NCBI GenBank assembly: GCA_963833985.1
Contig: CAWIAD010000001.1
Coordinates: 320,001-384,000 of the forward strand
DNA: 64,000 nt
DNA from: an uncultured Planctomycetaceae bacterium
GTDB taxonomy: Bacteria > Planctomycetota > Planctomycetia > Isosphaerales > Isosphaeraceae
Direction: 5' to 3'
The notes below the pieces were generated by a model. That model searched no databases. It was not told where the DNA came from and was given only the letters and a program-made list of their open reading frames with translations. Numbering within the stretch: the first letter of the stretch is position 1; the number at the start of each line of letters is the position of its first letter. Shown piece after piece: positions 1 to 8,185 of the stretch. Position numbers and translations under genes: made by a program.

Positions 1-498
1 GCCATGATGCACGTCGAAATCGACGATCAGGATCCGGTTCACCTGGAAGCGGGCGAGTGCCAGGGCCGCGGCAAGGGCCACGTTGGCAAAGAGGCAGAAG
101 CCCATGGCATCGGCCGGGCGGGCGTGATGGCCGGGCGGCCGCGTCAAGCAAGCAGCGCGCTGGACGCGGCCGCCAACGATGTCCGTGACCGCTTGCAGCG
201 CGGCGCCGGCCGCCAGGCGGGCGGCAAGCAAAGAATGAGGATAGACCCACGTATCCGGCTCGACGGCCCCGCCACCTCGAGCCTCAAGCTGCTCCAGTTC
301 GCGGATGTAACCCAGTTCGTGAACCATCAGCAGCTCGGCACCCGTCGCCTCGCGGACAACACCCGCGGGACAGGCCGCCAGATCGCCCGTTCGCTCCAGG
401 TGCCGCAAGATCGCCGTGAGACGCTCCGGCCGCTCGGGGTGCCGGGCCGGAACGCGGTGCTCGATCATGCGCCGATCGGTGTAGAGGGTGACAGCCAT
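1..498 (-). CDS. Histone deacetylase / AcuC-AphA family Zn-dependent deacetylase (5' part; runs off window start)
   Basis: Not in ORF track. Manual translation from ATG at 498 (GGAG upstream): MAVTLYTDRRMIEHRVPARHPERPERL...RPPGHHARPADAMGFCLFANVA...ILIVDFDVHHG, which are the canonical HDAC motifs. Confidence 0.93.
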   Translation of the reverse strand, partial: MAVTLYTDRRMIEHRVPARHPERPERLTAILRHLERTGDLAACPAGVVREATGAELLMVHELGYIRELEQLEARGGGAVEPDTWVYPHSLLAARLAAGAALQAVTDIVGGRVQRAACLTRPPGHHARPADAMGFCLFANVALAAALALARFQVNRILIVDFDVHHG

Positions 499-507
499 GA
501 TTGCTCC

Positions 508-522
508 TGAACGCAGCGTTCA
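508..522. promoter_or_regulatory. Perfect palindrome TGAACGC-A-GCGTTCA just upstream of the HDAC start; possible operator
   Basis: 7-bp perfect inverted repeat with 1-nt spacer in a divergent intergenic region. Confidence 0.3.
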
Positions 523-646
523 TGCCTTTATGGTGAGTCAGAGGCGGGGCAATAGGTGAATCATAGCAGAAACACGGCTTCTGCGGGCAAGCCTGCCTGA
601 CGTGATGGACGCCGGTCCGTCCGGGTTCGCACATTCACTTGCAGAT

Positions 647-662
647 CGTTTCACGTGAAACG
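647..662. promoter_or_regulatory. parS-like centromere site CGTTTCACGTGAAACG
   Basis: Perfect 16-bp intergenic palindrome; inner 14 bp match the broadly conserved parS consensus (t)GTTTCACGTGAAAC(a). Confidence 0.75.
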
Positions 663-734
663 GGATGAATGCGGCCCCCCCCCAATCGCTCCACCGTTTG
701 CTGCCGCGAGGACGGTTCTGTAGAATCACTCATC

Positions 735-2483
735 ATGCTTCCAGCATCGAGCGATCCACCGCGCCATGGCCAGGTGAGACGCGAGTCCCTCGTCGTCGGA
801 GTGCTTGTTCTTGCCGGCGCCGTCCTGCGGCTGTGGGGACTGAAGGCGCTGGGGTTCTCTCATTTCGACGAAGGGATCTACGCCACCGCCGGGCTGTACG
901 CGCTGGCACCGGCAGGGCTGGCGAGCCTGGATCCGACCCTCATTCCTTACGCACCTGCCGGCTTCCCGGTACTCGTGGGCGTCTCCTATCTGCTCTTCGG
1001 CGTGAGCGACGTCGCGGCGATACTGGTCTCCATTGCCGCTGGCGCGCTCCTGGTGCCGGCGGCCGCTTGGCTGGCTGGCCGGACGTTCGGGGCAGGTGCC
1101 GGCGCCGCGGCCGCGGGGCTGGTGGCCTTCTCCGGATATCACGTGGCGTTCTCACGCATGGCTCTTGCCGATGCGTTGTTCTTGCTCGCTTTCGTGCTGG
1201 CGTTGATTTGCGGCCAGCGGTTCCTCGAACGGCCCAGGCTCGATCGGGCCATCCTCCTGGGGCTGAGCGTGGCACTCTGCCAGTGGGTCAAGTACAACGG
1301 CTGGCTGGCCGGTCTGCTGGTGATGGTCTCCGCCGCGCTGGGAATCGCACTTGACCCCGCGGAACGACGCGGCACGAGAATCCGCGCGGTCTGGGGATAC
1401 GGCCTGGTCGCCGTGGCGGTCGCCCTGGCGGCCTACTGGCCCTGGTTCGCCTTCGTCGAGGCGCACGGCGGGTATGCAGGGCTGATCCGCCACCACCGGG
1501 GCTATCTGAGTGGGCCGGAGTGCTGGCTGCCCTACCTGCGCGTTCAGCTCCGGCAAGCCGCAGCGCTCTCGGGCGGTCCTCCCTGGAACCTTGTGGAGTA
1601 CCTCTCCGCCGTGGCCGGCTGCGCGGTGGTGCAATACCCGCGGCTCAGGGCCGGCGTCCCGCGCTCCTGCCTGCTACTGGTGTTGCTCGCCCCCGTGGTC
1701 GTCTTCATCCCCTTCCTGTACTGGCCCATGGCCGCCGGATGCCTCCTCGACGGCCGCGTTTGGCGTCACCCCAGCCAGCGGCTGCTGGCCGTGGGATGGG
1801 TTGGCCTGTCCATCTTGACCCCGTTCTATCACCCCTATGCGCGGCTCTGGCTGCCGGTCCACTTCCTGAGCTGGATGCTCATCACGAACTCCGTCAGGAA
1901 CGTGCTGCTTTGCAACCAGGAAGCGCGCGGCAGGTTGACGGGCGCGTGGGATCGAGAGAATCGATACGGGCTGAACCTCCGAGAGTGGTTCGCCTGCGGG
2001 CTGGTGCTCCTCTGCATCGAGCTGCTCGGCCCGGAGCTGTTTCGCGCGCCGACGCTGGGTCCGCGCGAATTACCAGGTCCGCTGGCGGCCTCGGACTCGT
2101 TGCGGATCGCGGTGCGGCATGGTCTGTCCGATCTGCCGGAAGCCGCTGCCGGGCTGCGGCTCCTGGCTCGTCCGCCGGTGCGGTTCTATCTGGCGGGGCG
2201 GGTGCCGGTCATCGTGGAGCCCGACCTGGCCCATCTGCGACTCCCCGGCAATCCGAGGTTCTGGGCGCTGGTGGACCAGGCTCAGCTTCGCCAGGAAGGA
2301 GACCTGAACGGGGCGACCGATGCGCTCCTGGAGCACTGGGAGGTGGTCCGTGAGTACCCATCGCGGTTGAGCTTGCCGGCGCTCCTGGACACCGATCCCG
2401 ACGCGGCCCGAGCCGGCAGGTCCTCCGCGGTGTACGCCCCGCTATGGCTGATGCGGCCGCGAATGGGAGGACCGGCCCGATGA
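735..2483 (+). CDS. ArnT/PMT-like GT-C integral membrane glycosyltransferase (GT39/GT83-like)
   Basis: Multiple TM segments; LRLWGL...SHFDEGIY N-terminal motif; KYNG motif; start could be 669 or 735. Confidence 0.8.
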   Translation: MLPASSDPPRHGQVRRESLVVGVLVLAGAVLRLWGLKALGFSHFDEGIYATAGLYALAPAGLASLDPTLIPYAPAGFPVLVGVSYLLFGVSDVAAILVSIAAGALLVPAAAWLAGRTFGAGAGAAAAGLVAFSGYHVAFSRMALADALFLLAFVLALICGQRFLERPRLDRAILLGLSVALCQWVKYNGWLAGLLVMVSAALGIALDPAERRGTRIRAVWGYGLVAVAVALAAYWPWFAFVEAHGGYAGLIRHHRGYLSGPECWLPYLRVQLRQAAALSGGPPWNLVEYLSAVAGCAVVQYPRLRAGVPRSCLLLVLLAPVVVFIPFLYWPMAAGCLLDGRVWRHPSQRLLAVGWVGLSILTPFYHPYARLWLPVHFLSWMLITNSVRNVLLCNQEARGRLTGAWDRENRYGLNLREWFACGLVLLCIELLGPELFRAPTLGPRELPGPLAASDSLRIAVRHGLSDLPEAAAGLRLLARPPVRFYLAGRVPVIVEPDLAHLRLPGNPRFWALVDQAQLRQEGDLNGATDALLEHWEVVREYPSRLSLPALLDTDPDAARAGRSSAVYAPLWLMRPRMGGPAR

Positions 2484-3844
2484 GTCAGAACACGCGGCCT
2501 CCCGTATCACTCTGGCCCGACCCCGAGGCCCTTGGCCCGGTCACTGACCTGTACCAGCTCACGATGATGGCTGGTTACCTGGCGGCGGGCATGGAGCACA
2601 GGAGCGCCACCTTCGAGCTGTTCATCCGTCGCATGCCGCCGCATCGCGCGTACCTGGTGTTCGCCGGGCTCGAGCAGGCCGTTGGCGACCTTCTGAGTCT
2701 GGCCTTCTCGGGCGCGCAGATTGCCGCGCTGCGTCAAATCCCGGCCTTCGCACACGTTGACCCGGCATTTTTCCGTTTTCTCGAGTCGCTCCGGTTCCAG
2801 GGCGACATCTGGGCCGTGCCCGAGGGGACGATCGTGTTCCCCGGTGAGAGCCTGCTGCGCGTGACGGCGCCCTTGCCCCAGGCGCAGTGGGTGGAGACCT
2901 TCTTGCTCGCCTCGCTCGCTTATCCCACGCTGGTTGCGTCCAAGGCCGCGCGCGCGGTGACCGCGGCGCGCGGCCGCACGCTCATCGACTACGGCGCGCG
3001 AAGGGGGCACGGGCCGCACGCGGGGTTGCTCGCCGCCCGGGCGGCCTACATCGCCGGGTTCCACGGCACCAGCCAGGTCGAGGCGGCCTGGAGAGCGGGC
3101 ATCCCCGCTTCGGGTACGATGGCTCACTCGTGGATTCAATCCTTCGATTCCGAGGCCGAGGCGTTCGCCGCCTATGCGCGAACGTTTCCCGAGACGACGA
3201 CGCTCCTCATCGACACCTACGACACACTCGCCGGCGCACACCATGCGGCCGGCATCACCCCTGCGGTCCGGGCCGTCCGGATCGACAGCGGCGATCTGGC
3301 ACTCCTGTCCCGGCAGGTCCGGCAGATCCTTGACTCTCAGGACCGCAAGGAGGTCCAGATCCTGGTCTCGGGAGACCTCGACGAGTACCGGATCGCGGAA
3401 CTCCTGCATGCGAGCGCTCCCATCGACGGGTTCGGCGTGGGCACCGAGCTGATCACATCCCGCGATGCCCCCGCGCTCTCCATGGTGTACAAGCTTGTCG
3501 AGATCGACGGAGTGGGGAGGATCAAGCTCAGCCCCGGCAAGAAGACCTATCCCATGGCCAAGCAGATCGACCGCCGGCGTGACGCCGCGGGGCTCTTTGC
3601 CGGTGACCTGGTCACCCGGGCCGACGAGCCGGCCGAGGGCGAAGCGCTGCTGGTTCCGATTGTCAAACAGGGCCGTCTGCTCGGCGAACTGCCGGACCTG
3701 CGGACCATCCGCGGCCGGTGTGCCGCCCAGCTCGCCGCGCTTCCCGAACGGCTCAAGGCACTCGACGCCACACCCAGCTATCCGGTCACTTACAGCGATC
3801 TCCTGGAAGCCGACGCCGGGAGACTCATGGAGCAAGGGCGATGA
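2480..3844 (+). CDS. pncB: Nicotinate phosphoribosyltransferase
   Basis: TDLYQLTM, DYGARR, GTMAHSW, LIDTYDT, VRIDSGD, SGDLDE, GFGVGT, VYKLV motifs; ATGA overlap with upstream stop. Confidence 0.95.
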   Translation: MSQNTRPPVSLWPDPEALGPVTDLYQLTMMAGYLAAGMEHRSATFELFIRRMPPHRAYLVFAGLEQAVGDLLSLAFSGAQIAALRQIPAFAHVDPAFFRFLESLRFQGDIWAVPEGTIVFPGESLLRVTAPLPQAQWVETFLLASLAYPTLVASKAARAVTAARGRTLIDYGARRGHGPHAGLLAARAAYIAGFHGTSQVEAAWRAGIPASGTMAHSWIQSFDSEAEAFAAYARTFPETTTLLIDTYDTLAGAHHAAGITPAVRAVRIDSGDLALLSRQVRQILDSQDRKEVQILVSGDLDEYRIAELLHASAPIDGFGVGTELITSRDAPALSMVYKLVEIDGVGRIKLSPGKKTYPMAKQIDRRRDAAGLFAGDLVTRADEPAEGEALLVPIVKQGRLLGELPDLRTIRGRCAAQLAALPERLKALDATPSYPVTYSDLLEADAGRLMEQGR

Positions 3845-5247
3845 AGAGCCGCGAAACCAAGCACGCCGTTTCGAACCGTCGGTCCGAACCGGCGCGCCGA
3901 CTGGTTCCCGTGTTCCTGTTGATGGCCTTCATGGTGTCGTGCGCCGGGGCCGAAGAGCATAGCGCCGGCTCTCTCCCGGCAGCCCGGCACGGCGGGGAGC
4001 TGGTGCACGCCCCGCTCAATCCGCCGTTCTGGTCGCTCCGGGCGTATCACGAGGCATGGAGGCAGTGGGGCGTGGCCGACAGACCCGCCGATTACGATCG
4101 CGCCTTCCGCGACCGCTACGGCTTACATCCGGCGCCCTTCCAGAACGGGGGCCTTGCGCTGGGACTCGTGCGCTCACGCGGGTTGCTGGGCCTCGGGCAA
4201 GGGCTGGGGAGCGATTGCCTGCTCTGCCACGCCGGCACGGTTGCCGGGCAGACGATCATTGGCCTGGGAAACCCGGCTCTCGACATGGAGTCGCTCTACG
4301 AGGACCTTGCCGCGGCCGACCGGCTTGACCCGCAAATGCCGCTCCGCCTCTGCAACGTGCGCGGTACCACCGAGGCCTCCAACTTCGCCATCTACCTGAT
4401 GCAATTTCGTGACGCGGAGCTGAGGCACCGTATCCCCGTCAAGTACGCGATCTGCGAGGACCTCTGCGAGGACGTGCCCGCCTGGTGGCACTTCAAGAAG
4501 AAGAAAACACTCTACCACCTTGGTGTGGCCGACAGCCGGTCGGTCCGGACGCTCATGCCGTTTCTGCTGATCCCGGGCAACAGCGCCCAGAAGATCAAGG
4601 ACCTGGAGCCCCGCTTCGCAGACATCCGTGCCTATCTGCTGAGCCTGGAGCCTCCGCGTTATCCCTACGCCATCGATCGCGCCCTGGCGGAGCGGGGCCG
4701 GCCGATCTTCGAGGACCACTGTGCGCGTTGCCATGGCACGTACGGGGGCAGCGGGCATTATCCCAACAAGCTGGTGGCTCTGGATGTGATTGGCACCGAT
4801 CCCACCCTGGCCAGCGCGTTTGCCCCCGACGGCGTGGCGCATTACCTCGAAAGCTGGTTTGCCCGCGAGCGCGGTCCCGCCGGCGAGCCCTATCACGGTC
4901 TGGGAGGAGGAGGTTACCAGGCACCGCCGCTGGACGGCGTTTGGGCGACGGCACCCTACTTCCACAACGGATCCGTTCCAACGATCTATCATGTTTTGAA
5001 GTCGAGCACTCGGCCACGGCTCTTCACGCGCAGCTTCCGTGGTGATGACGCGGAGTACGACCGCCAGAAGCTGGGGCTGGTGATCGACAGGCTGACTCAC
5101 GCGCCGGGCCCCGAGCGACCGGCCTTCGAGCGCCGCAAGGTGTATAACGCGGACTTGCCGGGTCAGGGCAATGGAGGGCACACCTTTGGCGATGCGCTGG
5201 GCGAGAACGAGCGCATGGCGTTGATCGAGTACCTCAAGTCGCTGTGA
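3841..5247 (+). CDS. Exported di-heme c-type cytochrome, RoxA/MauG/CCP superfamily-like
   Basis: Two CxxCH motifs (CLLCH, CARCH); YQAPPLDGVWATAPYFHNGSVP motif; GNGGHTF C-terminus; signal peptide with possible lipobox (VSC); ATGA overlap with pncB. Confidence 0.8.
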   Translation: MKSRETKHAVSNRRSEPARRLVPVFLLMAFMVSCAGAEEHSAGSLPAARHGGELVHAPLNPPFWSLRAYHEAWRQWGVADRPADYDRAFRDRYGLHPAPFQNGGLALGLVRSRGLLGLGQGLGSDCLLCHAGTVAGQTIIGLGNPALDMESLYEDLAAADRLDPQMPLRLCNVRGTTEASNFAIYLMQFRDAELRHRIPVKYAICEDLCEDVPAWWHFKKKKTLYHLGVADSRSVRTLMPFLLIPGNSAQKIKDLEPRFADIRAYLLSLEPPRYPYAIDRALAERGRPIFEDHCARCHGTYGGSGHYPNKLVALDVIGTDPTLASAFAPDGVAHYLESWFARERGPAGEPYHGLGGGGYQAPPLDGVWATAPYFHNGSVPTIYHVLKSSTRPRLFTRSFRGDDAEYDRQKLGLVIDRLTHAPGPERPAFERRKVYNADLPGQGNGGHTFGDALGENERMALIEYLKSL

Positions 5248-5266
5248 AGCGTGTACGGCCGCGCGG

Positions 5267-8185
5267 TCAAGGGCCGGCGGACTTGCCTGGCAGGCGGTCA
5301 TTGCGGGGGCTGGACAGGTCGACGCTGTAAACGCCACGTCCGTGCGTGACGGCGACGAGAACCCGGTTCATCCAGAAGAGGCCGTCCACGGGCACCTGGG
5401 CCGGTCCCTCGTTCACCGGCATCCACGAGACGCCGGCATCCGGGCTGCAATAGAGCCCGACCTCGGTGCCAAGGTAAAGAAACTCCGGGTGGTCAGGATG
5501 GAACGTCAGGCAGCGCAGGGGCGCCTCCAGCGGCTGTGCCTGGGGGCCTGAGGGAGCGGGACTGGGCTGGAGCGATGACGGCGGCTGCACGGGTAAAGGC
5601 TGCCAGGGCGCTCCCTCGCTGCGCCGCACCCAGAGGTTATCGGAGTGATATCCACCGAAGAGAACATACGTCTCGGCCGGCTGATGCGGGTTCACGACGA
5701 TCCGCGTGCAGTAACGGCCCTGAAGGAGCGGGGCGAGAGTCACGGCTTCCCACGCCGGGGACGCCGCGTTGGCCTCGCTCGTGCGGAAGATCCGGCCATC
5801 GTTGTGCCCGACCCAGACGATTTCGGAATCGCGGCCCGAGATGGCGAGGGTGCTGATCGGCACGAGCGTCTGGTCGAAAGTCCGATCGGCGATCGCGGGC
5901 TTGATGGCGTGCCAGCGCGGTCCGCTCTGCGGGTCCTGGACTGATGCCTCGACGCGTGCGTCTTCCGTGAGCCAGAGCTGTGCGCCTCCCACGAAGAGGC
6001 GCTGGCTTCGGAGCGGGTCGGCCAGGAACGGGGCAATGAAATTCGAATGGCCAAAGGGGGTCAGCGCGTCCCCGGTCGCGGCGAGGAAGGCGTCGCCAAT
6101 CCGGTAACCGGGCGGCCTCCAGGCCCGGACGTCCTGGGCGCTCTGGTTGCCAAGCAGCCCGACGATCGATGTTTCATCTCCCCTTGGCTTGCCTTTCTGG
6201 AACGTAGCGCGAGACAGAGAAAGGCTGTCGAAGGAATAGAAGAAACGCTCCACCGAGGTGTCGTGGACATCCGCGGAGCAGAGCCCTCCGTCACCGGAGT
6301 TCACCAGCGACCAGGAATCGCCATCCGCCCCGGGCTGCAACTGGCGGCTCAGAACTCCCATGTCCTGCGCGCCCGCGACGATGGTTCCCGTACGAGGATT
6401 ACCCGCGGCGCCGTAGAAGAGAAGCGTGCCCAGGCCGGAGTTTCTGGGCTTCCAGGAAGCGGGTCCTTCGAGCACCGGCTGCACCGTACGAATGTCATCA
6501 GCCAGCCAGACCCCACCGTCGCACCCGCAGTACAAGGCAATCTGGCCGCCGCCGGAAGCTGGATCGGGTCGGGCGGCCAGTGCGTGAAAGTCGGTGAGCG
6601 TTTCGAGCTTCGTCGGTCCCGGGTCAAGACTGATCCGGGTGAGGCTTTCACCACCGTCGGTGCTCCGGTAGAGATTGACTCCACCGACCACGAGGAGGTT
6701 CGAGTTGCCCGGATCTCCGGCCCACAGCGTGTTCGAGTAATCGCCGTGCCCGGCCAGGTAGTCGACCGGGGCGGTAAGGGCCGGGTCGGCCGCCGATCCG
6801 GCGCGGCACGCACTGTAGTGCCGCCCGCCGTCGCGGGAAACGAAGATCCGGGACTTGCGGCTTCTGGGAATATCGCCGAGGGCATAGGAGCTGGCGGAAC
6901 AGTAGACGATCTGGGGGTCGGCAAGCGCGTAGGCTAGCTCGGCGCGGTCCGTCCAGAGCCAGCCGTCGTGTGCGGCCAGGCTCCAGGTGGCGCCCCCGTC
7001 CTCTGAGTAATACGCTTCCGAGGCGCATGAGTCGTTTTGCTGGTCGGTCGTTTCCTCGAAGCCGCCGGCGACCGTCCTGGCGGGAAGGGACGGGTGGAAC
7101 TCAACGTCCGCGACGGGGCCGTTGATCGGCCCCACGCGCTGGATTTGCGGTGCGGAGGCTTCGGGGTTGACGATCCGGAAGAGGCCCCGGTGCGTGGCGG
7201 CCAGCAGCACGGTGGTGGTCGGGTTCACCGAGGCAATCGCCAGGCGGTTGATGAAGTCAAACGGTTCGGTATGCGTGCCGGGTACCCGTTTCCATCCAGT
7301 TTCCGGAGTGGCGGCCTCGCGGGTGAAGATGCCGGAGCCGCGCACTCCGAGCGGCCTCCCGCCGGGATCAGCCTGGCGGGTTTCAGGATCGCGGTTATCG
7401 CCGACCATCTCGCCGGTTCCCACATAGAGCCTATCGCTTCGCGGATCCAGGCAGAGCGAGGAGACCGCCAGGTTCGACGGATACGCGCTGTCGAGCCGCC
7501 ATGAGGCGCCCCCATCGACGCTGTCCCACACGCCCCCGCTGACACTCCCCGTCCACATCCGCTGGGGCTGACGAGGATCGATGACGATGGACCGCGTCCG
7601 GCCGCCCACGCTTCTGGGGCCCAGCCAGTACCATTGGGCCGGCCTGGTCGTCAGCCAGTCGGTCTCTTTTTCCGGGCCGACAAGCAGTCCGGCGAAGTGG
7701 ACATCCTGGTTCAGCAGCCCGCAGGCGTCCCGGCAAGCCTGGATCGAACGGTCCCAGACCTCGGCAGGCCGGCGCCTTGTCTCCTCGGTGGAGAGCTGCC
7801 GCTGGCTGGCCCTCGAGACCACATCGCTGTACTCATCTTCATTCCCGTCGCGCGAGGGCGCGGCCCCGGCCCCGGCCGGCTGAGGGGCCGGCGCCGGCTG
7901 GCTTCCCCGTGTCAGGACCGCGGCAGCAGGCTGGGCACCCAGCGGACCGGCCAGCAACAACGTGACGACCATGGCCAGCATGCAAGGTCCCGGCAGCACG
8001 GGGCGGAAATCAGCATTCCGCCGGCATCGGACGGGGGCCCTGGCGCTGGGGCTCTCGGGAGCGCGGCTCCAGCTCGTGCATGGGTTGCGTGGGCAGTTCA
8101 TGAGGGCACCTGCTGGTCCAGCCGGCCAGGCGCCTCGGTCATGCTCCCAGCTCGACCCTGGCCCGGATCCGGTGACTCCGCTCAC
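5267..8185 (-). CDS. Secreted Asp-box (BNR) beta-propeller protein, VPS10/GH74/sialidase-like
   Basis: Asp-boxes SVDGGASW, SEDGGATW, SRDGGRHY, STDGGESL, SPDAGVSW; GPRSVGGRTR, GAQDMG, THGRG motifs; signal peptide after Met at 7981; GTG at 8185 forms a GTGA overlap with the upstream stop. Confidence 0.8.
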   Translation of the reverse strand: MSGVTGSGPGSSWEHDRGAWPAGPAGALMNCPRNPCTSWSRAPESPSARAPVRCRRNADFRPVLPGPCMLAMVVTLLLAGPLGAQPAAAVLTRGSQPAPAPQPAGAGAAPSRDGNEDEYSDVVSRASQRQLSTEETRRRPAEVWDRSIQACRDACGLLNQDVHFAGLLVGPEKETDWLTTRPAQWYWLGPRSVGGRTRSIVIDPRQPQRMWTGSVSGGVWDSVDGGASWRLDSAYPSNLAVSSLCLDPRSDRLYVGTGEMVGDNRDPETRQADPGGRPLGVRGSGIFTREAATPETGWKRVPGTHTEPFDFINRLAIASVNPTTTVLLAATHRGLFRIVNPEASAPQIQRVGPINGPVADVEFHPSLPARTVAGGFEETTDQQNDSCASEAYYSEDGGATWSLAAHDGWLWTDRAELAYALADPQIVYCSASSYALGDIPRSRKSRIFVSRDGGRHYSACRAGSAADPALTAPVDYLAGHGDYSNTLWAGDPGNSNLLVVGGVNLYRSTDGGESLTRISLDPGPTKLETLTDFHALAARPDPASGGGQIALYCGCDGGVWLADDIRTVQPVLEGPASWKPRNSGLGTLLFYGAAGNPRTGTIVAGAQDMGVLSRQLQPGADGDSWSLVNSGDGGLCSADVHDTSVERFFYSFDSLSLSRATFQKGKPRGDETSIVGLLGNQSAQDVRAWRPPGYRIGDAFLAATGDALTPFGHSNFIAPFLADPLRSQRLFVGGAQLWLTEDARVEASVQDPQSGPRWHAIKPAIADRTFDQTLVPISTLAISGRDSEIVWVGHNDGRIFRTSEANAASPAWEAVTLAPLLQGRYCTRIVVNPHQPAETYVLFGGYHSDNLWVRRSEGAPWQPLPVQPPSSLQPSPAPSGPQAQPLEAPLRCLTFHPDHPEFLYLGTEVGLYCSPDAGVSWMPVNEGPAQVPVDGLFWMNRVLVAVTHGRGVYSVDLSSPRNDRLPGKSAGP

